From Ophelia neglecta (taxonomy: Eukaryota), in contig OZ260664.1 of the NCBI GenBank assembly GCA_965285935.1, positions 61,504,001 to 61,568,000 of the forward strand: 64,000 nt of DNA, in the 5' to 3' direction. The position numbers and the translations under genes were made by a program. Of the stretch, positions 13,392 through 25,829 are shown in pieces. The first letter of the stretch is position 1; the number at the start of each line of letters is the position of its first letter. The notes under the pieces were generated by a model. It ran no database searches. It was not told the origin of the DNA and was given only the letters and a program-made list of their open reading frames with translations.

Positions 13392-13635
13392 TAAACTTGA
13401 GGGCGAAGATAAAGCTCAGGTGCCGCTGCCGGTACGCAAGGACATCGGACTGAGGGAGAACCAGGAGAGTAACAAGGAGAACGACCAGAGGTGTGATAGC
13501 CTCTCTGAGAAGCATCTCGAGGAGCTGGTTTCCGAGGGATTCGAGCGAGGCCCGGCCATTAGGGCCCTAGGCGTGTCGCACAACAACATTCAACTGGCGC
13601 GTGATATTTTACGGGAATTTGTGCCGCGAAAATGA
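13392..13635 (+). CDS. CBL: Cbl terminal coding exon: UBA domain
   Basis: cttcag acceptor, phase 2. ...HLEELVSEGFERGPAIRALGVSHNNIQLARDILREFVPRK* is a Cbl-type UBA; TGA stop. Confidence 0.93.
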
Positions 13636-16251
13636 TCCAGGTGGATATTGAAGTGTAAATGCTGGAAACTATGAATGCTGTACTTGCTTGTTGATGTGGT
13701 AATGGGCAGATTTTGGAGTCGGACAGCTAAAGTTTAACGCCACCTGCTCCTATTGCTTTCCACTAAATCAAATCAAACGGTGTTTTGAAGGTAGCGTTCA
13801 GTGCTATTATACATAGGAAATTCTATGATTTGCTATTTTAGTGAACCGTTTTTAGTGTGATGGCTGACAAAGTTGAATTCCTAGGGGTTTAACGACAGTA
13901 CTGGTTTGATTGGTGTAAAGATTATTAGAAAGATAAACGTATCTGCCATACATCCCTCAGGTTCTGTGGCAGGAACACTTAAAGGCTAAAACAAGACTGC
14001 ACTGGATGCTTCTTCAATTACATGTGCTATACAGTTGTACAATTTTATAAAAACGTGTTGATGGTCTGTACATACTATGTCTATTGTATTATATAAACTA
14101 TTCAACAGAAGATCCAGTGTCAACTAATACTAAAAATGAGCTTTAATAATATAATACCCAGAATGGAATTCCCAGTATTTTAATTACCTAACCAATCCGA
14201 TTTAGTTACCGTTATGTCTCATTTGTTACAGTTTTTATGATTTTCCTTTGGATGTTTGTAAATTTGTTGTAATGTCAACCATTTTATTACCCTGGGGCAT
14301 TGTGAGGTTTCTGCAGAATGCAGATAATCGAGACATGGCTTTCTTGTGACAAGTGCTCGTACAATGATCATGTTCATAAAATGCTTGCTTGTAGTTTGAC
14401 TACCTTATCAGGACATAAACATTAAGGGATTAACAGAAATGACAACATTAAACCCCTCTTGTCAAACCAAATATTGGATTATAAATTTTGATGCAATGTC
14501 AAGGTAAAACAGTGATAAGATTATCACCAGATTTATAGATTTTTGTTATTTGTTGGGGATTCCAAGGATAATTAATATAAGCTGAAAACATTGACCTAGT
14601 TGGTTTGAGCCCAATCCCCAGTAGACATGTAGTGAGCAATGCATATATCATCAGGCAGTTCTCCTGTGAACCATTGTGGCAGTGTATGAAATCAGCTTTA
14701 CGTGTAAACCAAGCTTAAGGCCCCCCTCCATAGCTGTGTAAATGAAGGAAACACTTCAGTATGTTCTATGTAAGGACTGATTGCCGATGGCTGTACAGGT
14801 TGTACAGGCTGTACAAGTTGTACAGGCTGTAAATACTGAAGTCAAGTGTGCACATGTGTTCAGTATGTTGAATACTTGATATTAAGGTTGATTTGTTTAA
14901 AAACCTTAATTGCCTGATTATCATTTTTACATATTCAAATTATATGGAAGCTTTACACTTATAAAAGGAAAACAACAATTTTGTTTGCCTGAAATTGGTG
15001 TTGGAACAAAGCCCTGCTTTGCTACAGTATTTTTGGTCTCATCCATTCTGGTGTGAAAGGAAAGGCAAACATATATTGACTGGATCCTAACTTGGATGTG
15101 CACCCAAAATATGAAAACCTATATATTAAATTGCCTGTAAATTTTAGAAATTTCAGGTCAAGTTAAATGCATCTTAGAAAGGTAAAATGTACTTTCAACT
15201 TGATATATATTAATCTAAGCTAAACGGTGTAGTCGGCTATATATTCATTGTCAATTCAAACGCGGATATCCTTCTTGAAAATTTGTACTATGCAAATTAC
15301 ACTTGTTTTGAATTCAAATTATTCCTAGATTTTGGCACGGACCTGTTTCGTATATAATTCGTTCATCTATCGGATATAGATCTCTAAATTTATAGCTGGT
15401 CCCTCATAGATACCAATCTAGTGTAGTTAGTCTTGACCTGCTTGCCTCCATACCAGATGCCTTCTGCTGAAATCACTCCAGCTTATTGTAGGAGCCTATC
15501 AAACTAGTGTAAGTTTTCATGTTATGTGTTGGGAGCAGGGGTCATCTACCCACAAACATATTGACATCATTGTTATCAAGAGTATATATTATTTTTCTAT
15601 TGCTCCGTATATTCAGGACATGGAGGTGTCTTTATACATGTTTTATTATGTGCTAAAAGTATTATTATTGCAAAGTAATATGTGATAATTTATTGGTAAT
15701 TATTCCATTTTCCTCACCCTAATGCTTGTATGGCCGTGGTTGTAAGCTTGCCTTGTTTGTACATGATTCTTGAAAAGTTTGTGGCAAAAAACGCTCCGAC
15801 TAACATATTGTATATTATATGCATTTCATCATTTACACCTGAGGCGCATTATATGCAACTACATATATGTACATTTTCAACACAACTGCTTCAAAATTCA
15901 GTGTTAACATTAAATACTTTGTATATTATGGTACAGCAAAAATATTTAGGTTACTACTTGACTGCTGCAAGTAGTTCTGTGACGGCTAATCATCCCATGT
16001 GCATTTAGATATTAAAAAGTCGATTTAATCGTTACCAGTGTGGATTCTGTCAATTTTTTTTTTCAATAGAATATGGCCAGCAGGCATTAAAAATGTGGAG
16101 AACCATTTGATTGATTCAAGATAATCCAGAATTATTATGGACTGAATGTTCTATGTTTTGTGTAGTATGGTCCCGTCATGTGACCATCTGCGTGCTATGA
16201 CTGGTGTATTTTTTGAACAGAACTGAGCTGGTATGTATTGAATCAATACAA

Positions 16252-16257
16252 AATAAA
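16252..16257 (+). promoter_or_regulatory. Candidate Cbl polyadenylation signal (implies a ~2.6 kb 3' UTR)
   Basis: AATAAA followed by T/GT-rich sequence after a long non-coding stretch. No transcript evidence. Confidence 0.35.
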
Positions 16258-17019
16258 ATCTGAACTATGATAATGTGATTTCAAGTTTTACCATTATCAA
16301 ATATTTGGTTGAGAACTGTTGGACCAATTTCTAATTTACTGTGCTGTGAGTTGTCACATTTCTGAATGTCACTGTCATGAAGACATTTGGTGTGTTTTGT
16401 TTTCCTCACCCACTGTCTTAGGAACTCTGGAACTCTATATTTAAGTCGGTTAGGTCTTCATTGGGAACAAAAAAAAGGCCCTCATAGGTGAATTATTCCT
16501 CTGAAATTAATTAAATAGTCTATTTTTTAGTTAAAATTAAGTATTTGGAGGACTGAAATAAACACTACTAAAGGAAATTTAATTATAACCTTATTGAGAG
16601 ATGGAAAAAAGTTGACGATTCTTAACCCACCAGTGTCCCTTCAGTGCCTCTGTAGTATATGACCAATAAAAAAAAGTAAGAACTACCAGCAGGTACAATG
16701 ATATACACTTTGATATAATTATACAATTATATCCCTTTTAGATCAAAGAGTTATATATACAAGTTCAAATGATTGGTTTTTTTGTAAATATAGAAAAAAC
16801 TTTGTAATTCATAAGCATTCCTCATACAAATCAGTATTGTAGTTGTACAACGGTCGTGCAAGATGCCCGATGGCAGTGATAGGAAAGTAGTATGAACAAA
16901 TGATTTTTTAGGTGGTGAGCTAAAGGTTGTTGTACCCGTCCTCAGCTGCTGCCGTCGGCTATGTCATCTTGGTTTTTGCTTTAGCTTCACGACTGTGAGG
17001 GATCTAATATATTTAACAG

Positions 17020-17970
17020 GTATGTTATATTGGAAAATTTATTGGAGTCAGTGGCAGCAGCCTAGTGCCTATACTACTTGTTCTGCGACCGTATGGTGTG
17101 TAAAGCTCAATCCTAAAAAAGATTCTTTTGCCAATTCATCGAAAGCCAGCTGGACGCCATTCCCTACCTTACTGCGGACGCCATTCGCAATTTGGAATCT
17201 TAGTAGTATGAAAGAAATTTCTGACCAAGTTCCTAATTGCAGCGGTGTAAATGAAAAAGTGTGATGGAATATATGGAGAAAACACATTGAGAGGCCGTGT
17301 TCGGCTTTTCAAGGCGTTGGTGTTATGACGAATTTATTCTTAAGCTCCACACCGCGAGTTTCCCATGAGTTTTCCATTTTAAGTGGCATAAAACAGATAT
17401 GTTGAAGACTTGGCTTATACCGGTACATTTGCATTTGTTTCTCTTTGCTGACGTTCTTAATTGCTCTGCTTAGAACAGAACCAGAGATCAACATAATAAA
17501 GCCTACTTTTCCAATATTTTTCCCAGACAGAACGCTCATTAGTGGGATTCGAACCCACACCCACGTACGTAGGTATGGGTACGAATCCCACATCTGACAC
17601 CATGTTAAGATTCTTTCTGATCACTCCTAGTCTCCAGATATTAATAGTACAATATTGATAGTACTACAGACAATATGAGATAAGCTGTGCTATAGGTTTT
17701 TGCTAGAACACAAACTGAAGTAGTACATGGCATGGTAAATACTAGTAGATATCGAGTAGTAATATTACAACACACCGTACCGATTCGACCCCCGCTTCTA
17801 TAGGTCCGTAACAATGGGTTTTAGTAGCGCCAGCCGATACCAGGTAGTGAATTTAAAGGATGGAGAACATAATGATGGTAACAGCCAGAAAAGTAAATTA
17901 TCAATCCAATTGCAGACGTGCTCATAATCCCTTTTAAAAGCATGTGTACTTACATAAATTGAAATGAAAG
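17020..17970 (+). pseudogene. Decayed GT32 glycosyltransferase paralogue
   Basis: Colinear relic motifs: YWSQW, ADAIR (17174-17188; GT32 RADAxR), VMTNLFLSSTPR (~VMTAFMACRPK), NNGF..QPIPGS. Stops and frameshifts. Confidence 0.65.
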
Positions 17971-18299
17971 TTTACATTTAAGCCAAAACGACTAGGTGTG
18001 TTCACCGCCTGGAGTTTCAAATGAAATTTATGATACTGTCTAGTGTATAAGAATGAATTATAGCCCTCAAAACAATTATCTGTCGAAAATATGAGGCAGA
18101 AAGATATGATTGTATTTATACATAACTATCAGAATGTTCTGTTTTTTAACACTGTTGAGGTTGCGTATCTTCAATTCCGATATTGCTAAAAAAAAAAGAA
18201 ATGTAATAAGCCTAATCTTTAACTTTATTTATTGTTGTTATGGTGTATAGACATAAAGAACTTGCATATAATTGAAAAAACAACCCTATATGGTTGAGT

Positions 18300-19250
18300 G
18301 TTCAAAGACGAGCGAGGTCATAATATTTCTCAGCCAATCGCTTTCTTTCCGCTTTGTATTTTACACCTGAATGGCCATTGACTGCTCTTTCACTTCATTG
18401 AACAGTGCAGGCCTCAGTATGGGGACTGTCGCCTTTGGCCATAGTGTTGTAGGCGCAGAAGCCAAAATTGAGAGGTGCTCAAAGAAAAAGATGGGAAATT
18501 GAGCAGTTGAGCGATCGACCAAGCTGGTTTAAACAGAGTGAAATACCATGTGGATGTTGTCCAATCCTGAAAAGGTCCAAGGGGCTGGCTGCTAAGACAT
18601 GGACTGGCAAACAATTTCAAATCTTTATAGGTGAGGGAAAGAAGGAATATTCATAAACATTCAAGCGAAGGGCCACCTATTGTAATAGTACTTGGATAGA
18701 TGACGGCAGTATTAGTAGGGTTTAATTCCCGTTTTCTGAGGTCGGTTGGACCTAAAATTGTAGGCGTGGGTGAAGAGCACATTGCGAAGAAGCCCGCGTT
18801 CGATGAGAGACGCCCAAAATGAAATATAATCGGAAATTGCTGAAAATGCGGCAGTTCATAAGATGCGGGAGGGCGGGGAATTAGTAAATTGAGGAGGTCA
18901 CCCGGCGGGTGTGGATAACTTGACGGGCCTATGTAATAATATGTCTACGGCCAGCAGGAGCTGATTGATCAGTGACCGATATTTTAATCTAGCTGTGGAA
19001 AATTTGTATATTATAAAGGCTTTGGCATTAGCTATTCTACTCTGCTGTCGTCTGCCAATCCAATTACGACTTGTGGCATGACGTTCATTCGTGCCAAGTT
19101 GCCCACAGTCGGTTTTCCCAAGACGCCGGCATCATGTCCCTGGACATCTTGTGTAACCCATACTTCTAGCTTTGTCCTGTTTACCACCGTGTGTTGGTGC
19201 TACTAGTAGGGAACTTTTCTTGTTACGGGTTTGAATCGAGATTTATATCC
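18300..19250 (+). pseudogene. Possible decayed GT32 paralogue (stem region and weak catalytic traces)
   Basis: GHSVVGAE resembles NHTVIGAA of the 27.7 kb relic; RNIHK (~RIIHQT) near 18643. The rest is weak. Confidence 0.35.
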
Positions 19251-20149
19251 CAGCTTTTGAAAACACCGTTGCCAGGAACTGGAAACGCCTCCAACTTCAC
19301 TTTCAGAGGCTTATTCGAATAAGGAACTAGGAAATAGCCTCCAACTGTATTCATAACATAATAATTCTGCCTTATACTCAGATGACTAAGCTGCTTTATA
19401 CTCAGATGACTACAGAGGCCTCTCTAACTAGACGAAAACTGTTAGTTAAATGCCTTTTATTTTACAACCGATGGCTGCAAAAGGTAAAATAGACTAAATT
19501 TTTATGTGCATTAATTAAACAGACAAGTGTTTGTTTCACCTGGCAGAATAATCGTTGCAACGCGGGAATTACAGCAGCGACTTTACTCGGAATATCAGCG
19601 CTTTCGCTGGTCTACGTTACCTTCCCAACAGTGATAAAGTTGCACATGCATGTTAGATGGCATTAACTTCATTCCAACAATTTTCGCGGTTAAGTGTTCC
19701 TTTCAAAGTCTGCAATAAGGGCTGTCCACCGCGAGTATGTTCCTCTGAATTGTGTATGTCCTATATCATTCGCACCTTTTAGTGCAGCAGTCTAACGTTC
19801 CCATTTTGGCTTTGCAATGGACAGACATAAATAAGGAGTAATCACTCCAAGTGCTTGTTGCTTGAGAGAAATTGCCTGCTTTCGGCCTCAGCTCCTTCCG
19901 CAAACACAAAACTGAACCTGGAAAAAGGCGATGTTCAATCTTGTTCGGAGCCCAATCAGTACCCTTTTTGTCATAATCTCCCGCCTCTAATACATCAAAT
20001 CCGTCGACCGAGTCCACACTTTAAGCTGCTTGAGTCGGCTTTGGAAGTAATTTGATGTATTGGAAGCCACCAGGTCGTGTCACAAATGGCGTCGGTATTG
20101 TCTTCATTACCGCAGAGGCTGCAGAGGACGTCGCTTCCGAGACCTGTAT

Positions 20150-21400
20150 TAAAACAACACGAGAATGAATATTCTGCAGTATGCATCTGACATTTACAAT
20201 GAAATCTACATTATATCACAATTTGGCTATAAATGCTAGTTCTCCTGGTCTCATGGCAAGCATCGCTTTTGCTGTTATTATGAAGTTGCCTTGCAGTGTA
20301 ATTTGACATTTGCCGTTAAATAAATTAATCTAGGATTCAACCTTGGAAAGTCGTGATCTAACGTGCCGTTTTTGACAGTGCTGTCGGTGTGTAGACGCCA
20401 TTTTGGCACAGCCCTGAATACTGTCGATATTGGCACGTGTGTTACACGCCTCAATCTCGAGCCTAAATAACAGTCACGGGCTTTATTGTCTCTCTCATCT
20501 TTGGCAACCAATCAACTAGTGGTGAATGTTTAAGTTCAATTATTTTCCCCGGTCTCCACACTGGTCTCACACTGGGCCGATATTCTGTAGTATATAGGAA
20601 TGCCTACTAGAGCAAAAATGGTCATTCTGAAAAACGTGATACATGGAATAAGAAATGCAGAGATAAAACATTATATTAGGGTTGGCAATGGGGAACATTG
20701 GGGGAGGGTTTTGAAAAACTCCAAACTGTAACAGTTCATCTTTAAAGTTCACCCTAACACTAATCTCTACCACTGCCTGCAATTGAACCACCTTTCCTTT
20801 TGTCTCGTATCTGGTATCTGGGTCCTAACAGGTTAAACAGAAAGACGCTTTAATTGGAAACTTTATCCAACTAGATCTAGTCTTAATAAAGAATGTATAG
20901 AAAAATTCTATACAGAAATGAAGAAAACAACTAACATTATGCTAGCTTAGAACTGTCTGTGGAGTACAGCTGCGAAGGCCCAGAAAACACGATTTCAAAC
21001 GAAGGGAAACCATCCTAGCAACATATTATTATTCATTGTCTTCTTTGGGGAAACTGCATTACACCAACTGAGAAAGGATAAACCCATAAAATGAACCCAG
21101 CCTTTGCAGCCGGGCTGCCTGCCGGGGATGTCGGTCATTATCTTAACCGTTTCTTTTTTCCGCTGGCTGATTTTAAGAGCAAATATTGCCTTGCTCAGGA
21201 AAATCACGACTGCAATTCCCTGTTTATGGTCGTTACTTGGTTGTGGTGTATGGTTCTCTGTAGGCTTTTATTCAATCTCAAATTTATGTTCGAAGAAGAG
21301 TAGCGTCATATACCCCTATTTATTTGCCTCACGGGCCATTTGGCAACAAAGGAAATCGGAAGAATCTTTATCCAGCCCTGAGCAGGGCTTGTGGGATTGG
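20150..21400 (-). pseudogene. Decayed GT32 paralogue
   Basis: In order: DIPGRQPGCKGWVH (~AIPGQVKHWVQ, 21091-21132), FISAFL..FFRMTIFAL, ILQNIGPV (~VLKSTGPM), VFRAVPKWRLHTDS (~VYIAPPQWFMPTFDS), HCKATS..QQKRC. Confidence 0.7.
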
Positions 21401-21879
21401 CGTTTCATTAGAAAGTAAATCCTCCTCTATCCGTTCTCTACGATTTATACTTGATACTAGTCCGTATAGGCAAAGAACTTTATTTCAATGTCGACAATAC
21501 AGATCAACGATGTATTTTTCTTCAAATTGTTTTTGTAAAGCGATTTCTTTACCACGAGGAAACATGTTGGTTCGTTTCCTTTGCAATAAAACCGATCCAT
21601 CAGATCTGATTAACACTATATTTCATGCATCACGAACAAACTATACCCTACAGAAATAAACAGCATACTGATTATAGTACAGTACGTTTTAGAATACAAC
21701 TAGGACTACTACCCCGTTTGAGCTGATAATTATGTATATACTTCAATGTTATCTACAGGCTTATGGTGTTCCCTATGGCGTACTGCCTATCTAATTGCTT
21801 GCTTGGTTTTGAAACCCAAGAAAACAGCGCAAAGCTATGTATGTCTCCTTTCCTCCCTCACGTTACTTCAAACCCGGGA

Positions 21880-23540
21880 AGGTTTTCGTGCCGTGTTCAC
21901 CAACTATTGACATACGCATGACCTAAATATTGAATTCAACAAACGCGCCAAAAAATATCAAGGAAGTCGCCTCATAAATGGCTGAGACAGGGTCGAAAGG
22001 AGGCAGAGCATTTCAGATTTTTGGATCGAGCCTTAACGTTTATCAACTAACGCAGCAGTTTACACAACTAAATATTTCCAATTGGTTAATAAACGGCTGA
22101 GATATGGACATTAAATTTTCAACTTTCCATGATTGCGTTTCCACAGAGACATTATCATGAAACCATGTAGCGGGCCATTTCCTCATCAATGTATATAATG
22201 AGCATTCCGAATTATAAAGACAACGTTATTTAGATACGAAAAACATGTCAACCGTGTAATCAATGCACCAAATTTCGAAGAAATCACTCCTTAAGCGCCG
22301 AGATAGTAACCCTCAATGTTTTAAGACATATTTCACCAGCCTTGAATGTCATGTGATATGGCAAAGTAACCTCGTTTTAACATAAAAAAAATCAGTTATC
22401 CGAAAAAGGTGGGTGTCGGCCCCTGTCGACAGGCGCGAAAAAAGGAAGCGATCCATGGCCGATAAGCGCCTTATTGTGATATTTCATTACACTAGCGGTG
22501 TAAGGAGCTTATGCTGACTGAATATAGCCATATGAAAAGTTCAAAATGTCAATGTTACACGCGGAATTATTGTTGGTGAAGCACAATTTCATATGTGAAA
22601 TTTAGACATTATTATTCGAGGCAATACAATTTTGCACCGACCGATAAATTGTTAAGATATTGCAATTGGAAACTTTGATAACAAGATTTTAATTTGAAAA
22701 ATAAAAGAGAAATAATCTTGATAGATTTAGAGTCTGAAAAAGACCATTGCCCGGCTATTCTTTCATTGATCCAAAATTAGCGTTTCATTCGAATCCGTGG
22801 TTTAATTGAATACGACTAAACATAAAGTTGTTGTATAAATATAGAATTCCCACGACTGACTCCAGAACTTGCTATTGCTATGGATGCTTCCGCTTATGGT
22901 TTCGAAACTTTTCCTTTATCAAGTCCTTGTGTGGTGTATGTTGTCCACATCTTCTCCTGATTGACCCTCTTGTAGTTCAAGTCATCCGGGAACTTTACAT
23001 GGAATAAATATATTGGCATGATAGGCAATGCATAAATCTTGGTTTTTTAGACCAGACGACATGCCCATATTTGTACATTTGCAGATAACGCACGCGTATG
23101 ATCAAGAAATTAATGGACTCTGTCCCCAATGACAAATTGTTTTCTAGGACTAGGCGACCGTATCACATATGAAATCTTCATCTCGGCGCTTGTGCAATTT
23201 CCCTTGCTCGCCCCAGCGTAAAATCTCTGGCATATTGAACATTGTACTCCACTGAACAGTTCTCCATCAACCATATGATTTCCATTTCTATGCCACAGAT
23301 CAGTATTCACCACTGTCATTTTCGAATGACTGTCATATTGAGCTGGTCTAACCGAGGCTTCGCTCCGGGACAATATCACGTACATCATGCTCAATTGCGC
23401 TGATGCCGAGGAAACCTTAATTTAACCCTAACGAAGTTAGTCGAGCAAACATAAAATGAGAAGATCGGCTATTTCTTTCTCCATTTCAAAGATATGCCCC
23501 CGGGATGGCCAGGAGAAACCATTGCCATCTTCTTTCTGCA
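21880..23540 (-). pseudogene. Near full-length decayed GT32 paralogue
   Basis: Acceptor plus ATG near 23547-23529; stem DLWHRNGNH..GELFSG; KFWSQSW (22849-22870); FRACRQG..HP (22410-22440); W..NVLK..G; MA...WF; GHAYV..LVN at the end. Colinear with the intact gene. Confidence 0.75.
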
Positions 23541-23879
23541 GCTAGCCTGCAAATAAAACTTGACATGCTAAACGAGTTACGACTATTGTAGTTTGAGTTC
23601 ATTTTTATGTTACCCAAGGCCCGATATCAAGACAGACCTGTCTTATTATTGGTAGTGTTTTTTCTACTACTGATATATTTAGTATAGTCCTACGTTCATT
23701 CAAAATGGCCGCCTTAGTGTATCCTCAAATCCCATTAATGTGCAATAGTTCCTCATTAAAATGAGACAATTTAAATTTAAAACGTCAACATATGAGTTAT
23801 TCCTGGCTTAAAGTACAGTCATATACAGTTTTTTAAAAAAAGGCTTCCGCATGAGGCATCGCTGTCCGTCGTTAATTTA

Positions 23880-24750
23880 ATTTATTCTCATTCAGATAAA
23901 TTCAGATAATCAGGAGAAACAAACAAGTTTCCATAGTCTGTGGAGTTTGGTTTGTAGCAGTTAAAGTTGCAGTGCACAGCCCCAGAGAGATGCCTCCAGA
24001 CTCTGGCAGTCTGTTGCTCATCCATCCAAACACGATTTAAAACGACGTCCCTTCCGTCTAGCTGTTCCAGTTTCTGCTCACGCCACCTCTTTATTACAGT
24101 CTTGGAGAAAGATTGCCGCCTGGATTGGGGTTGGCATGTGGTATTAGTTAGCATTGCGTCTTCCGTAGCCAGAGATCAATAAGACGTCCCTAGTGTCCAA
24201 ACCGACTGGACTTGAACCATACACCAAACATTTTGTTCACCCAAAGAAGGCATTATTGAGTTAACACATATAAAGCAACTGCCATGCCCAAGGAGTTACT
24301 CCCTCTAAACCTTAGCTTACAGTCAAATCGCTCTGAAATTGTCACGACCGGCAACTTAAAGAGTACAGCGTTTGGCTGTAAACACTTTGCAGGACCTATG
24401 TGGCGATCAATCGAGATCACGGCTGTAAAACCTTAGGGGTTAAGGGTTATCACGCCGAGGCACACGGTGGGCTTTAATGCAGCTTTTGAATTATTCGACG
24501 AATACTTCAAAGTGTTCTGTTCTGTTGATCTATGTGGTCTACAATTCGAACGAAATGCCGATGGAGAAAATCTTGGCAAAACTATCGTTTGAACATTAGA
24601 TTCACCGTTCTGGTGACATATTAGAATACTTCCTGAGACCGAAAGTTCTATTCAATGTGACAAATGTATTATCAAACTTACCCTGATACATCAAATTGGT
24701 AACCTTAATACTCGAGGAGAGAACATTTTTTCAGTCATGTGTCCGCCTGG
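23880..24750 (-). pseudogene. Decayed GT32 paralogue, closely related to 46400-47200
   Basis: ~600 bp colinear nucleotide similarity to 46.55-47.15 kb. LTNTTCQPQ...FSKTVIKR (~TAFMACRPKHPFLKFVI); LFVSPDY (~VYIAPPQW). Confidence 0.6.
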
Positions 24751-25673
24751 TACAGTCGACCACATTTCGCTCTATCAAAGTCAAATTCCAAAACACCGCA
24801 GGATATTTCCTTTCATTGTTACGAATTCGGAAATTAAATGGGGGTTTTCGCTCTCTTAAATCGTTCAGAACCTGTAGGTAAGAACTGACCTTTTCGCAAT
24901 ACTTCAACTGGTATATTACCAATGGCTTCAAATGGAGCGGGTCGATCTTAACATAAAAGAATTATTATCTATTACAAGGTTGAAAACATGCTTTTAAAAG
25001 GCCACGCTCATCATTATTTACTTATTAGACCTACGCAATTACGCCGCCGCCCTTCAAACTCACAACGTTATGCTCAATGCGCGGAATTCTGGCAGAGAAC
25101 CTCTACCATAATGATGAGCGCTGAATGCCAGACAGAAACACCACAAAAGTGCACAAAATACATGTAAGCATATTTCCTCATTTTTTCGCATCGCGCTCTG
25201 CGCGTTTGCATGACAGGTCGCTTATGATACGATTTAAATGACAGTAGAACTACTCACAAAAAAGTTGTAGAATTGCTTTTGCGTCAGATTCCCTTCTGGC
25301 TAAAGCTTAGAGAAGGCCCTGTCTTTTGTTAGCCCAGTGCTCAGGCAACAGTGCCAGCTAAAAACCCATCAGTTCTAATTCCAGGGCATCCCTCCAGACG
25401 GCAGAACAATAGGACAGACAGATGAAGGATTGATGGCAAAGTAATTCAAAACTAAAACTGGACCGTTGCTCTTCTGTTGAATTCCGATCTGAGTATTACG
25501 GTAGCTTGCTGGCAAGACTTACAGGCTCATCATAGATAAACTATGCTGTTGGCGTGTTGCCCACAACTGGCTTATGGTGATTACATCACATGGTCTTATG
25601 ACACTCCTTTTGATGGTTTAAAAAGTTTTATACTTTAGTCCCGAGCAGACGAAAATGTAGTCTTTCCCAGCCG

Positions 25674-25824
25674 GTAAATTATTTATCATATGCTGGGAAA
25701 TCCCCGGTATCCAGCAACCCATGTAAGGGTTAGGGTTAGGGTGGCCAGGGTTAGGGTTAGGGTGGATAGGGGGTAGGGTTAGGGTAAGGGTTGGATATCC
25801 CAGCATGTGAAAAATAGACTTACC
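25674..25824. mobile_element. Small fold-back element enclosing degenerate (TTAGGG)n
   Basis: ~30-bp imperfect inverted arms (ggtaaattatttatcatatgctgggaaatcc / ggatatcccagcatgtgaaaaatagacttacc) around ~10 TTAGGG-like units. Confidence 0.65.
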
Positions 25825-25829
25825 CAATA

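Noticed and set aside
14789-14831. 9-bp tgtacagg repeat in the Cbl 3' region and other micro-repeats (6177, 7082, 19370)
   Set aside because: Ordinary slippage repeats.
19766-20143. Minus-strand terminal exon or another GT32 relic (TPFVTRPGGFQYIKLLPKP)
   Set aside because: Ambiguous; similarity is too weak and no upstream exons were found.
23940-24500. ZU5 domain or viral/transposon ORF
   Set aside because: The frame is not maintained, and TCQPQ/A*RPQ and neighbouring motifs fit GT32 better.
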